Source: a virus. From it: a stretch of DNA of 64,000 nucleotides. The notes beneath the pieces were generated by a model. That model had not been told where the DNA came from and did no database searches. It worked only from the letters and a program-made list of their open reading frames with translations. Location: the IMG/VR virus record IMGVR_UViG_3300036770_002724, positions 1-64,000 of that record; one strand, given 5' to 3'. Position numbers and translations under genes: made by a program. This document shows, piece after piece, positions 1 through 11,339 of this stretch (position 1 is the first letter of the stretch; the number at the start of each line of letters is the position of its first letter).

Positions 1-1389
<1,389 letters not shown>

Positions 1390-1390
1390 C

Positions 1391-1669
1391 ATGCTCCGTT
1401 ACGACGCTTCGAGCGCAGCGGATGCTGCTCGACAAACGCGAGAATGGATCCTTCCGGTTGTCCCTCGTCGTGCCGACATCCCTTCTCTCACCACGGAACA
1501 ACTCGACGTGTTCGAGGTGGCGGTACGAGACGAGCTTGAAGCTCATCGAGAGTTAGGTCCCGTCGTGATTGAAATGTCACATGATCGTCGAGTCCGACGA
1601 GCCGCTCAGATTGCGGGTATCGAACTTGACTACCGTTGGCCAGACGTCATTTTCATCACGTTTCCGTAA
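1391..1669 (+). CDS. Hypothetical protein
   Basis: ATG preceded by GGAGG; packed directly after the previous stop. Confidence 0.6.
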   Translation: MLRYDASSAADAARQTREWILPVVPRRADIPSLTTEQLDVFEVAVRDELEAHRELGPVVIEMSHDRRVRRAAQIAGIELDYRWPDVIFITFP

Positions 1670-1746
1670 GAGGGGCGGGCTTCGCGCCGGGCTAGTTTCG
1701 ACCATACTTGAAGGTGGTCCGACCGATTGGCGTTCCCCGGAGCGCG

Positions 1747-1753
1747 GTATTCT
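1747..1753 (+). promoter_or_regulatory. Representative G-TAnnnT -10-like element directly before a start codon
   Basis: Same arrangement at 2045, 2762, 13261, 15914, 16905, 19158, 51154. Confidence 0.5.
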
Positions 1754-1759
1754 CAACTC

Positions 1760-2032
1760 GTGAACAACGACGAATCCGACTTCGTTCTGCCTCCCCCTCC
1801 AGGGAACCACAACATCGGGAAGTCGGAGCCGACTCCGACCGACCCTCAGTCGAGCCCCTACCGGAAGCCGGGGGAGACTCCGGTCTGGATCACCTGTCGA
1901 GCAACCCAGGAGTGTCCGGGTCGCCACGCCGTTCAGATGGGGGCCGGAGAGATCGCTCTCGACAACGGGGGTGGTAACTGGATCCGCTACCGCTGCCTGA
2001 CCTGCGGGGGTGGATTCCACATCCGTCTCTGA
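1760..2032 (+). CDS. Small Cys-rich, putative Zn-binding protein
   Basis: CRATQEC...CLTC; GTG 1760 lies 6 nt after GTATTCT (ORF track starts at TTG 1727). Confidence 0.55.
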   Translation: MNNDESDFVLPPPPGNHNIGKSEPTPTDPQSSPYRKPGETPVWITCRATQECPGRHAVQMGAGEIALDNGGGNWIRYRCLTCGGGFHIRL

Positions 2033-2056
2033 GGCTAGTTTCGAGTATAGAGGGCC

Positions 2057-2710
2057 GTGGCCTCCTGCCTTATCTATCACGGACCCGGAGCCCGAAGTGC
2101 GGCGCTTCGGGAAGCCTCTCGCCTTGGACGCCTCCTGGCTCCTCCCTTTGGAGATAAGGGGCTGGATGTCGAAAGCGCCCGTCAGGTCGTTCACCTGTTG
2201 AGCTTCGTCCCTGTCGGTGACGCCAAGGGGGTCGTGATCGTCGGCCCGATGGACTCTTCTTACACGGCTTCCGAGAAGGCACGGGACGTCCTCCTCAAAC
2301 GAATCGAGGAGTTCCCTTCGAGGGTCCAGCCGATCCTTTGGGCTCACGATCTCGGGGACGTTCAGGGGACCCTCAAGTCGCGGTGTATCGAGCGGTGGGC
2401 TCCAGGGAAGCCAGACAAGGAAGAGGACGACGACGTTCTGTCCGCTGCCCTTGGGCTCGTCGAGGCGACTTTGGCTAAAGAGGCTTGGAGAGTCCCTTCA
2501 CTGGTGACTGATGCCCTCAAGACCAAGCCCGTCAAAGGGGGCGAGAAGAAAGAGCGACGGGAGTCCGCTCTCCTTCACGCCGCTATCGACTTTCTCGCAG
2601 AGTCTGATCATCCGGATCGTTTCATTCTCTGGGAGTCTCTACGGGAGGCTTCCCGCTATGCGAATCCGACTCCCAATGAGGTCGCTGTGGCTTTCCTGCG
2701 AGTTCTTTGA
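2057..2710 (+). CDS. holB: DNA polymerase III delta-prime-like clamp loader subunit (degenerate AAA+)
   Basis: KGVVIVGPMD...SEKARDVLLKRIEE resembles the KVxIIDxAD...AxNALLKxLEE segment of HolB; next to a holA-like gene. Confidence 0.55.
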   Translation: MASCLIYHGPGARSAALREASRLGRLLAPPFGDKGLDVESARQVVHLLSFVPVGDAKGVVIVGPMDSSYTASEKARDVLLKRIEEFPSRVQPILWAHDLGDVQGTLKSRCIERWAPGKPDKEEDDDVLSAALGLVEATLAKEAWRVPSLVTDALKTKPVKGGEKKERRESALLHAAIDFLAESDHPDRFILWESLREASRYANPTPNEVAVAFLRVL

Positions 2711-2775
2711 CCTCCAAGGCTAGGGGTGCGTCGGTAGCCCTTCAGAGGGGCTCCTGTGCGCGTATAGAGGGCGGG

Positions 2776-3759
2776 ATGGCGAAGCGTGAACCTGGCGTAC
2801 TCATCGTGACGGGCGATGAGGAGTTCCTCTGTCGGCGGACGGTCCAAGACATTGTCTCGACCAAGGGGGCAGAGGGGTGGAAGATCGAACGCGCAGATGG
2901 CGCGGTTGCAGGTCAGCTAGATGCCGTCCTGGACGGCAGCGGTTTCGTCCTGCTTTCGTCGGCGCCGCGTGTGTTGGTGGTCGTCGAGAACCCTGATAAG
3001 ATAGACCCCCAGACCTACAAGGATCATCTCGCGGATCCTGGCTTGACCACTCTGCTTCTTCACTATGACGGGATCCCGGCGGCGACTTCACGTTTTGGGA
3101 AGTTCGTCGCGGAGCAGAAGGCCATCCACAAGGAGTGCAAGGCTCCGAAGCGGTGGGAGGCGGAGGCTTTTGCCTCTGACTTCGTGGTCAAGGAAGCGAA
3201 ACGTCAGGGTCTTTCCCTTGAGCCCGCTTTGGCTGGAGCGGTGGTTGAGCGGGCTGGTTCAGACCTTGGCGTTCTTTCTTTTGAGGTCTTGAAGTTCAAG
3301 ATGCTTGCCCAAGCCACGGGAGTCACGGATGTCACCCCCGACTTGGTAGGTCAGAGCCTGGCCCAGCTTACGGAGGCGGAGGTGCAGCCTGTGGTCGAGG
3401 CTGTGTCCCAGCGCAACGTCCGACGTCTCTGTCAGGTGCTTGACCGTCTGTACAGGACTAGCAAGTCCGACTCGACGGTGATGGTGTGCCGTGTCTTGGG
3501 GAGCGCCGTGATGCAGTGGATTAGCATCGTCGATTTGAGGACGAAGGGGAAGTCGCCGGATGAGTCTGCCGCTCTCCTTGGGGTCCATCCTTGGGTCTAT
3601 AAGAACAAACTGCTTCCTCAAGCAAGTGGGTGGAACCTTCGAGAATTGACGGGCTTGCTCCAAGCTCTTGCTTGTTCCGAACGTGCTGTTTTTTCAGGGG
3701 CCGTACATCCCTGGCAAGGGCTGGTAGGGCGCCTCGTGAGCTTGTGTCAGACACGTTAG
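2776..3759 (+). CDS. holA: DNA polymerase III delta-like clamp loader subunit
   Basis: LIVTGDEEFL N-terminus, GSDLGVLSFEVLKF, C-terminal LGVHPW...LLQALACSERAVFSG pattern typical of HolA; ATG 2776. Confidence 0.75.
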   Translation: MAKREPGVLIVTGDEEFLCRRTVQDIVSTKGAEGWKIERADGAVAGQLDAVLDGSGFVLLSSAPRVLVVVENPDKIDPQTYKDHLADPGLTTLLLHYDGIPAATSRFGKFVAEQKAIHKECKAPKRWEAEAFASDFVVKEAKRQGLSLEPALAGAVVERAGSDLGVLSFEVLKFKMLAQATGVTDVTPDLVGQSLAQLTEAEVQPVVEAVSQRNVRRLCQVLDRLYRTSKSDSTVMVCRVLGSAVMQWISIVDLRTKGKSPDESAALLGVHPWVYKNKLLPQASGWNLRELTGLLQALACSERAVFSGAVHPWQGLVGRLVSLCQTR

Positions 3760-3952
3760 TGTTTGCCGCAACTGCCCGAAAAACGGCTGGTTTGCTGCTT
3801 TAGCTATTCCTTCAATACCTGGGTCTCTTTGCCTCTTGTGAGGGCGGCTCTCTGCCGTCTTTCTCTATCAGGGGTAACGTCGGGCGGACGCGCAGGGGGC
3901 GTCGGATGTGGATTGGATTCCACGGCCAACCTGTGCTTGAGGGCTAGAAACC

Positions 3953-6016
3953 ATGATCTTCAACCAAGCTCCTGCCGAACGCAAGGTTCGTCAGTTTACG
4001 CTCTCTGCGGATTTTCTTGCGGACTTTCAGGGCAAGCAGCCTGAGTTCGGTCCCGTAGGATACTTCACCTACAAGCGTACCTATGCGCGGACTAAGTCTG
4101 ACGGGACGACTGAGGAGTTCTGGGAGACTCTGAAGCGGGTCGTCGAGGGGACTTTCAACATCCAGAAGATCCACTGCCGGGCGATGAGCCTTCCTTGGGA
4201 CGAGCCCAAGGCCCAGAAGTCGGCGCAGGACATGTTTCGCCGGATGTGGGACTTCAAGTTCCTTCCGCCCGGTCGGGGCCTCTGGATCATGGGCACCGAT
4301 CTCGTCTACGAAAAGGGTGGCGCACCCCTGAACAACTGTTCCTTCGTCTCTACGGCAGACATCGACACGGATTTCGCGGACCCCTTTTGCTTTCTCATGG
4401 ATATGTCGATGCTCGGGGTCGGGGTCGGCGGTGATACCCGGGGTGCAGGCAAGGCGAAGGTTCAGGTTCCTCGGCTGACTGATGAGCCCTTCGTGGTCGA
4501 GGATAGCCGCGAGGGTTGGGTCGAACTCGTCCGCACGCTCCTCAAGTCGTTTTCGGGCAAGGGTGCGTATCCGACCCGCATTGACTACACGAAGGTTCGT
4601 CCGAGAGGAACGCCGCTCAAGGGGTTCGGCGGAACCGCCTCGGGTGCCCAGCCTCTCGTGAAGCTCGTGGAGAACTTGACTCGGTTGCTCATGCCGAAGG
4701 GGGTCGAGACGACTTTTCATGTGGACGTGGATGCTTCGGATCGAATCCTGAGCGAAACGGTTGCGGTGAGCGGTTCGGGCGAGCCCTATCGCATCACCTC
4801 GACGCACATCGTCGACCTGTTCAATTTCATCGGGTGTTGCGTCGTCGCGGGAGGGATCCGGCGAACCGCAGAGATCATGTTCGGGGAGCCCGACGATGTC
4901 GAGTTCATCCGGCTCAAGCAGGATCAAGAAGCCCTCATGGACCGCCGATGGGCCAGCAACAACTCGATCTTCGCTAAGGTCGGGATGGACTACTCGGAGG
5001 TCGCGGACTCCATCGCGATCAACGGGGAGCCGGGTCTTCTTTGGATGGAGAACGCTCGCGCCTACTCGCGGATGAACGGCCCGCCGGACGAGAAGGACCG
5101 TCGTGCGATGGGCGGGAATCCGTGCTTGGAGCAGACCCTTCACAACCGGGAGCTTTGCACCCTCGTAGAGACGTTCCCTTACAAGCACGATTCCTACGAG
5201 GATTACCAAGCGACGCTGAAGATGGCGTACCTGTACGCCAAGACGGTCACTTTGGTCCCGACGCACGATCATCGGACGAACGCGGTCATGGCGCGGAACC
5301 GGCGTATCGGATGTTCGATGTCGGGCATCACGCAGGCGATTGCGAAGCTCGGGCGGCGAAACTTCTTGAACTGGTGCGACAAGGGCTACGATTACGTTCA
5401 GTCCGTTGACCGGACCTATTCCGACTGGCTCGGCATCCCTCTCAGCATCAAGACCACGAGCGTAAAGCCCAGCGGGACCATCTCGCTTCTGGTCGGAGCT
5501 TCCCCTGGTATTCACTACCCCCACTCTGAGTACTACATTCGGAACATCCGGGTCTCAAACACCTCAGAGCTAAAGAAGGTCGCGGAGGACGCCGGTTATC
5601 CGGTCGAGCCGGACGTGTATGCGGCGGACACCTCGGTCGTCTCGTTCCCGATCCACGAGAGGCACTTCCTGAAGGGGAAGAACCAGGTCAGCATCTGGGA
5701 GCAGTTCGCTAACGCAGCGGACCTCCAGCGTCACTGGGCGGACAATCAGGTGTCGATCACCATCACCTTCAAGCCGGAGGAGAAGGCGGACATCAAGACC
5801 TGTCTGGAGACGTATGAGGACCAACTCAAGGGCGTGTCCCTTCTCCCGCTGATGGATCACGCTTACCAGCAGGCCCCGTACATCGAGATCACCAAGGAGC
5901 GGTTTGAGGAGCTATCGGCCAAGATCCAGCCGATGCGCCTCGGAGGTAACACCCACGAGGAAGAGGACGCCTTCTGTACCAACGACTCCTGCACGATCCG
6001 GCGCCCTGACGCTTGA
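3953..6016 (+). CDS. nrdJ: Class II (adenosylcobalamin-dependent) ribonucleotide reductase, monomeric type
   Basis: FLPPGRGLW, NPCLEQ (radical Cys), TTSVKPSGTISLL, C-terminal CTNDSC; no small-subunit gene nearby. Confidence 0.92.
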   Translation: MIFNQAPAERKVRQFTLSADFLADFQGKQPEFGPVGYFTYKRTYARTKSDGTTEEFWETLKRVVEGTFNIQKIHCRAMSLPWDEPKAQKSAQDMFRRMWDFKFLPPGRGLWIMGTDLVYEKGGAPLNNCSFVSTADIDTDFADPFCFLMDMSMLGVGVGGDTRGAGKAKVQVPRLTDEPFVVEDSREGWVELVRTLLKSFSGKGAYPTRIDYTKVRPRGTPLKGFGGTASGAQPLVKLVENLTRLLMPKGVETTFHVDVDASDRILSETVAVSGSGEPYRITSTHIVDLFNFIGCCVVAGGIRRTAEIMFGEPDDVEFIRLKQDQEALMDRRWASNNSIFAKVGMDYSEVADSIAINGEPGLLWMENARAYSRMNGPPDEKDRRAMGGNPCLEQTLHNRELCTLVETFPYKHDSYEDYQATLKMAYLYAKTVTLVPTHDHRTNAVMARNRRIGCSMSGITQAIAKLGRRNFLNWCDKGYDYVQSVDRTYSDWLGIPLSIKTTSVKPSGTISLLVGASPGIHYPHSEYYIRNIRVSNTSELKKVAEDAGYPVEPDVYAADTSVVSFPIHERHFLKGKNQVSIWEQFANAADLQRHWADNQVSITITFKPEEKADIKTCLETYEDQLKGVSLLPLMDHAYQQAPYIEITKERFEELSAKIQPMRLGGNTHEEEDAFCTNDSCTIRRPDA

Positions 6017-6064
6017 CATAGCTATCCAAACATCGGCCCTCTCGGGTATCTACAGAGAGGGCCG

Positions 6065-6598
6065 ATGAAATTCCGCGCGATTCTCCTCGAAGGTCTTTTC
6101 TTTCAGTCTCTTGAAGGGGATCTCTCTGTTCGCACTGAGGCAGGCGAGGTTCTCTCGGTGGGGGACCGTCTTCGTCTTTTTGTCGGGGAGTCCGTCCAGC
6201 TAGCCTATCACCATCTGCCCTCGGCAGGTCTTGATCCCGAAGCCTGGGGGTGGGGCTCCTGTCTATGGAAGCCTGCGGAGTGTCCTGCCGGACACCATCT
6301 CGACCCTAAGCAGTTGTTCAATGCTTCGGCGCAGGGTCTTCTCCAAGAGGATCCCTGGCGCTTACACCAGTTCGATGGTTCCACCCTCACTCTTGATTTC
6401 TCGGTGATGCCTGGTCACTACGGGCGTCTCGCAGCGGCGATGATTCCGGATGTCGAGAAGATGCGCGAGGAACTGGAAAAGCTCTCAGGGCTCTCCAGTC
6501 TGCCCGAGGTGTCTTCCCTTGCGGGTCAGGTAGGGGATCTCAAGCTAGTCCTGGAGCGATTGCGGGCCAGGGCATCGAAGTCGGAGTCCGAGGAATGA
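6065..6598 (+). CDS. Hypothetical protein
   Basis: ATG with GAGAGGG upstream; stop overlaps the next start (ATGA). Confidence 0.7.
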   Translation: MKFRAILLEGLFFQSLEGDLSVRTEAGEVLSVGDRLRLFVGESVQLAYHHLPSAGLDPEAWGWGSCLWKPAECPAGHHLDPKQLFNASAQGLLQEDPWRLHQFDGSTLTLDFSVMPGHYGRLAAAMIPDVEKMREELEKLSGLSSLPEVSSLAGQVGDLKLVLERLRARASKSESEE

Positions 6599-8955
6599 CT
6601 TACTTTTCTGGACGTGTTCACACCGTCGTCTACGAGAACCCCTCTCAGGCGTTCTACATCCTGAAGCTCGTCCTCGACCCTGAAGAAGAAACCCGTCCTT
6701 CGTCTCTCTTTCACGGGTCGCCCGATGCAAAGTTCGTCACGGTCAAGGGGTCTATTCCGGGCCTCTCGGTCAATGTGGGGACGTGGTTTGGTTTTGAGGC
6801 GGAGTGGCAGGAGCACAAGGAGTGGGGTCCACAGCTTTCCATTCGCAAGGCTCCCGTGTTCAAGGGGGGCTGGAGCCCGGACACAGCGATCAAGGTACTC
6901 GTCGCCAATGGTGTCAGCGAGATGTTGTGTCTGCATCTTCGTGCCCATTTCAAGGACGATTTCCTCCAAGCGATGTCCTCGGTCGAGCGTCTGCTGGAAG
7001 TCCCCGGGGTGGACAAGTTCGCAGCCCAGCACCTAGTGCAGCGGTGGAACTCGGCTCAGGCGTATTTTCGCACCTTGGGGTTCTTGAACGACCTCGGTTT
7101 GCCTCCAGGTGTCATTCGTCAGGTTTGGCAGACGTTCAAGGACGACGCTGAGACTGTCTTGAGTGAAAACCCTTGGGCTCTGGTTCAGATAGAGGGCATC
7201 ACATTTCCCCAAGTCGATGAAGTTGCGACCCGTCTTGGGCTAGATCCCCTAGCCCCGAATCGTGTCCGTGGGGCCGTCCTCTACTGCTGCAAGAACAACC
7301 GTTCGTTCGGTCATCTTTACCTCACGACCGATCAAGTCGTCTCTGGTGTTTCGGGCCTCCTGTCGGAGTCCAACTCCCAGACCGTCGCATCGTCCCTGGC
7401 AGGTCTCCACAAGGATGGCTTGCTCGTCATCGACAAGGAAGCCCGTCCCGGCACGCTCGCCGTGTACGAGCCTTGGTTTCACTCCATCGAAAAGGATTCC
7501 GCTGCCCTTCTCAGGGCAAGGCAGCACACCGCATCGTCTCTCACCCAAGAGGCAGATTGGTATCTGAAGCGCCTCTCCGTTATGGGGGCTGGCTCCAGGG
7601 CTGCTGCCGAGACGGGAGACCTACTGGCGACCGCCGTTGCTGCCGTAGAGGACTGGTCTTCGGGGGAGCGGCTGAAGCTCTCCGATGCCCAGAAGGGTGG
7701 AGTGGTCAACGCTCTCCTGGAACCCGTGTCTATCCTGACCGGCTTGCCGGGCACCGGCAAGACCACCAGCCTGAAAGCTGTCGTCCGCATCCTCAAGGAT
7801 TGTGAGATACCCTTTCTTCTATGCGCCCCCACGGGTATCGCGGCAAAGAACTTGGGTGCGCGGACCCATGCGCGGTCCTCCACGATCCACAGAGCTTTCT
7901 CAGCGAAGCTCCACAAAGAGGATTCCCGGGAGGCAGGCTACACAGGGATCGTGGGCGAACTCGATACCAAGTCGGGGACAGGGGAGGAAGAGGTCTGGGG
8001 CTTTCACGAAGGCAACCCTTATCCGGCTGATGTGGTCATCGTGGATGAGGCTTCGATGATCGACCAGCACCTTCTTTACCGGGTGATGTCCTGCACATCC
8101 TCTCGGTGTCGTGTCGTGTTCGTGGGGGACGCAGCGCAGCTTCCATCTGTCGGTCCAGGGAACGTCTTGCGGGACTTGATCACCTCCAAGCAGTTCCCTA
8201 CCACGAGCCTCGTGGAGATTTACCGTCAGAAGGACAAAGAGACTGATGGCGCTCGGGAGATCAGCGGGATCGTGAAGGCTGCACACTCGATCATTCGAGG
8301 CGAGGTTCCTGATGACCTGAACGATGACTTCCGACTGGTCGAGATCGACTCCGAGGATGACGGGTTGAAGGTCATCCTCCGCTTGGCCGAGAAGCTCTAC
8401 GAGAAGCGAGAGAACTTCCAGATTCTCAGTCCTCGTCATGCGGGAACCTTGGGCGTGACCAATCTCAACTCGCGATTGCGGGAGCTTTTGAACCCGAAGA
8501 GCCCAGGGCTCCAGGAGATCAAGCTCGACCAGGACACCATCCGAGAGGATGACCGGATCATGGTCATCCGGAATGACTACAAGAAAGACATCTTCAATGG
8601 GGACGTAGGCAAGATCGTTCGCGTGGATCGCAAGTCCAAAGAGGTCGAGATCAAGATATTCGGGGAGACCCCTCTAGTCGTGCGTATCCCCTTCGCGAAG
8701 TTCTCCAAGACCATCCGTCTCGCCTATGCCTGTACCGTCCACAAGGCGCAGGGCTTGGAGTATGACCACATCATCATGCCCCTCGTGGATTCGTTTCGGC
8801 ACCAGCTACAGCGGAATCTGCTGTACACGGGGGTCACCAGAGCGAAGAAACGGGTGTTCCTGATCGGCACCCGGTCGGCTCTTTCCAAAGCTGTTCGCAA
8901 CGACCGTGAGGACCTGCGGAACACGCTTTTCGTGGATCGGTTGCTTGCGGACTAG
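6595..8955 (+). CDS. recD2: RecD2-like SF1B helicase
   Basis: N-terminal OB/HhH region; TGLPGTGKTT, IVDEASM, VGDAAQLPSVGPG, YACTVHKAQG, YTGVTRAK. Confidence 0.92.
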   Translation: MTYFSGRVHTVVYENPSQAFYILKLVLDPEEETRPSSLFHGSPDAKFVTVKGSIPGLSVNVGTWFGFEAEWQEHKEWGPQLSIRKAPVFKGGWSPDTAIKVLVANGVSEMLCLHLRAHFKDDFLQAMSSVERLLEVPGVDKFAAQHLVQRWNSAQAYFRTLGFLNDLGLPPGVIRQVWQTFKDDAETVLSENPWALVQIEGITFPQVDEVATRLGLDPLAPNRVRGAVLYCCKNNRSFGHLYLTTDQVVSGVSGLLSESNSQTVASSLAGLHKDGLLVIDKEARPGTLAVYEPWFHSIEKDSAALLRARQHTASSLTQEADWYLKRLSVMGAGSRAAAETGDLLATAVAAVEDWSSGERLKLSDAQKGGVVNALLEPVSILTGLPGTGKTTSLKAVVRILKDCEIPFLLCAPTGIAAKNLGARTHARSSTIHRAFSAKLHKEDSREAGYTGIVGELDTKSGTGEEEVWGFHEGNPYPADVVIVDEASMIDQHLLYRVMSCTSSRCRVVFVGDAAQLPSVGPGNVLRDLITSKQFPTTSLVEIYRQKDKETDGAREISGIVKAAHSIIRGEVPDDLNDDFRLVEIDSEDDGLKVILRLAEKLYEKRENFQILSPRHAGTLGVTNLNSRLRELLNPKSPGLQEIKLDQDTIREDDRIMVIRNDYKKDIFNGDVGKIVRVDRKSKEVEIKIFGETPLVVRIPFAKFSKTIRLAYACTVHKAQGLEYDHIIMPLVDSFRHQLQRNLLYTGVTRAKKRVFLIGTRSALSKAVRNDREDLRNTLFVDRLLAD

Positions 8956-9021
8956 ATCGGCCTTGGTTTTCGAGTATAGACCTCATCCCTTCGTGCCTTC
9001 CGAGGCGTGAGGTCAATACAC

Positions 9022-9480
9022 ATGAACAAGACCGCAAGCAATCGCACCCCCATCCTGACTCCCGAGGACAAGGCTCTCATCAAGTCCCTGAGCAAGCGGA
9101 TCAAGGTCACGAAGACCGTCTGTACCCGTTCGGTGAAGGGTAAGCACGGTGACACCTACGTTGGCTTCGCCGCCGCTTGGGACACCATTCAGGAAGACGG
9201 GGGCCACAACCTCGTCCATGCCGGGGAGAGCGAGGAATCGCCCAACGTCCCTGGTATGAGCCTCAAGGAGTCGCGGCTGACGGGCCTGATCTTGGGTATG
9301 CAGGCTGATCTGGCGGCGCACGATCATGCGATGGCGGGCGGTAACATCACGCCCGAGCAGCGTGAGGTCGCCATCAAGAGCATCAAGCACAACTACGCTT
9401 TGCTCATGGCGGACATCCTTCGCGCAGACGGTAACGGGACGGGCACGGAGTTGGGTTCCGCCGCCAACGGGGGGAAGTGA
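9022..9480 (+). CDS. Hypothetical protein
   Basis: ATG 9022 with GAGGT SD; typical codon usage. Confidence 0.7.
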   Translation: MNKTASNRTPILTPEDKALIKSLSKRIKVTKTVCTRSVKGKHGDTYVGFAAAWDTIQEDGGHNLVHAGESEESPNVPGMSLKESRLTGLILGMQADLAAHDHAMAGGNITPEQREVAIKSIKHNYALLMADILRADGNGTGTELGSAANGGK

Positions 9481-9483
9481 CCG

Positions 9484-10443
9484 ATGTCAAATCTTGCCAG
9501 TCAAGCGATGGAACTAGACCCGCTTTTGGTGGAGCGGGTCTATGAGGAGTTGAGTCATCTCCACGTCTCCCTGGACGCAGACCCCCTCATCTACGGACCC
9601 AAACGCTTGAATGGGAAGGTGTCTTTGATCCGCGATATGCTTTCGCGGTGCGAGGCGTTGTTTCTTCAAGTCTCTCAGGACCGTCACCGTTTTCAGCGGG
9701 CGCATCGAATCCTCTCGACCGCTATCGACCTCGCCAAGAAACGGCTCTACGACAAAGACCCCGAGGTCAGAGCAGGCAGGTCGGTTTCAGATCGCGAAGC
9801 CATCGCTACCGGGAAACTGGCTTCTGAGGTCATGGAGGCGAATCGTCTTGATCTTGCGGTCCAAGACCTCGACGCCCTGCTTGTGGTCATCCGAGCGAAG
9901 CGGAATGACCTGCGAGACACGGAGGGTCGCCTTCGTGACCAGATGCGTCTCTGCTCTGAGGAGATCGGTCTAGGCGGGCGCTGGGGCTCCCAGCTTCCGG
10001 ACGCCCCTGAGATCGTCCCAGGCCAAGGCAGGGCGACAGGTGCGGACATCAAGGCTGTGTCTGATCTCCTTGCCTCCATTGACGCCGAAACGCATCTCCC
10101 GCCCATTTTGGAAGAAACTACTGAGGAAGAGGAGGTCGAGGAAGAGGAGGAGGAGGAGGACGCTCCGGTTCAACAGCCGGTGCCGGAAGTACGTCCGTCC
10201 TTGGGGCGGGCTATTGAGCGTAAGCTCGCGGAGGCGTCTACCCCGGAGCCTACTGAGGAGGACACCCCCACCTTCGAGCATGATGCTGCAAAGGCTTCCA
10301 CGCTGTTCGGGTCAGGGTCGGGATCTTCCGACATGGCGGACGCCTTCTTGGACAATCTCACGAGCGTGAAAGATCGGGCTGGCAAGCCCCGTATTGAACC
10401 GTTAGCAGAGGATGTGCTGGAGAGCCTGTTCGATTCTTTTTGA
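9484..10443 (+). CDS. Hypothetical coiled-coil protein with poly-Glu tract
   Basis: Helical N-terminal half, EEEEVEEEEEEED tract, acidic hydrophobic C-terminus; directly upstream of the SSB-like gene. Confidence 0.7.
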   Translation: MSNLASQAMELDPLLVERVYEELSHLHVSLDADPLIYGPKRLNGKVSLIRDMLSRCEALFLQVSQDRHRFQRAHRILSTAIDLAKKRLYDKDPEVRAGRSVSDREAIATGKLASEVMEANRLDLAVQDLDALLVVIRAKRNDLRDTEGRLRDQMRLCSEEIGLGGRWGSQLPDAPEIVPGQGRATGADIKAVSDLLASIDAETHLPPILEETTEEEEVEEEEEEEDAPVQQPVPEVRPSLGRAIERKLAEASTPEPTEEDTPTFEHDAAKASTLFGSGSGSSDMADAFLDNLTSVKDRAGKPRIEPLAEDVLESLFDSF

Positions 10444-10539
10444 GGAGTCGGGGGGCTCGATTTCGACCGAGGACGGAGTAGAAGCTACGACGGGTTCCGT
10501 CTCCGAAAATACTGACCATTACCCGTCGGGAGATACATC

Positions 10540-11274
10540 ATGTCTGGATTCCAACAGTTCGGGTTCGGCAGCAACGATGATAGCATCGGGCGCAAGTCCA
10601 AGAAGTTCAAGGCGGAGCAGGGCAAGACCTATCGTATCAGCTTCGCCTGGTGGGACATCGTGGATGGGACGCTCAACGTGGACGCCCCCACCCCCAAGTT
10701 CGTCGGGGCGCAGCGGCACTACAAGGAAGGGGTCGGGTACTTCCTCAACAAAGGGCCGGAGTACACGAAGATCGCGGGTGAGGCGCCCAAGCAGGTGATC
10801 GGAACGCTGATCATCGTTTGGCCCACCGATGCGAAGGGGGAGCCCGACAAGGTCCGCCTTGCTAATGGGGACTTCGAGGTCATGCCTTGGATCTTCTCTG
10901 CGGACAAGTACAAGCAGTTCGGGCAGATCCACACCGAGTTTCCCGTCGGGCACCACGACCTCAAGCTGACCTGCACGGATACCCAGTATCAGAAGATGTC
11001 CTTCGCGCCGTGCAAGGAGTCCATCCTGCGGAAGCTCTTGGAGAACCCCAAGGCTAAGAGCCGGACTGACGAGATCCTCGCTCGGATCAGCGATCTCTCC
11101 AACAACCTGTCCAACGAGATCGCCCGGGATCTCTCCCTGGATGAGATCCAGGAGAAGCTCGCAGGCGGGGGTGCGTCGGGCGGCGGCTTCGGCAAGAAGA
11201 GCTTCGGTGGCGGGGGTGGATCGGGTTCGGCGGAGAACATCGACGACCTCGTGGATGGTCTTCTCTCTGGCTGA
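10540..11274 (+). CDS. Probable phage single-stranded DNA-binding protein
   Basis: Aromatic-rich core, Gly-rich linker, acidic tail (ENIDDLVDGLLSG); context next to RuvC/RecA. Confidence 0.55.
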   Translation: MSGFQQFGFGSNDDSIGRKSKKFKAEQGKTYRISFAWWDIVDGTLNVDAPTPKFVGAQRHYKEGVGYFLNKGPEYTKIAGEAPKQVIGTLIIVWPTDAKGEPDKVRLANGDFEVMPWIFSADKYKQFGQIHTEFPVGHHDLKLTCTDTQYQKMSFAPCKESILRKLLENPKAKSRTDEILARISDLSNNLSNEIARDLSLDEIQEKLAGGGASGGGFGKKSFGGGGGSGSAENIDDLVDGLLSG

Positions 11275-11283
11275 TCTCCGCTG

Positions 11284-11325
11284 ACGGGAAGGTCTGGTCA
11301 CAGGGCCGTGACCAGACCTTCCCGT
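11284..11325. other. Perfect 18-bp inverted repeat, 6-nt loop, no U-tract
   Basis: ACGGGAAGGTCTGGTCAC-AGGGCC-GTGACCAGACCTTCCCGT. Confidence 0.9.
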
Positions 11326-11339
11326 AGCCCGAGGTTCTT

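Noticed and set aside
3760-3952. Cobalamin riboswitch or NrdR box upstream of the B12-dependent RNR
   Set aside because: Conserved riboswitch core elements and an NrdR-box-like palindrome were not found by eye; only short hairpins. An Infernal scan would settle it
3944-5524. Long - strand ORFs (e.g. 3944..5524, 17123..18061, 35597..36511, 44410..45585, 47140..48732)
   Set aside because: They lie exactly antisense to well-supported + strand genes, have no recognisable motifs and are expected shadows of high-GC codon bias
6013-6045. Canonical sigma70 promoter from TTGACA at 6013-6018
   Set aside because: No TAnnnT at 16-18 nt spacing; the hexamer is part of the 14-mer repeat instead
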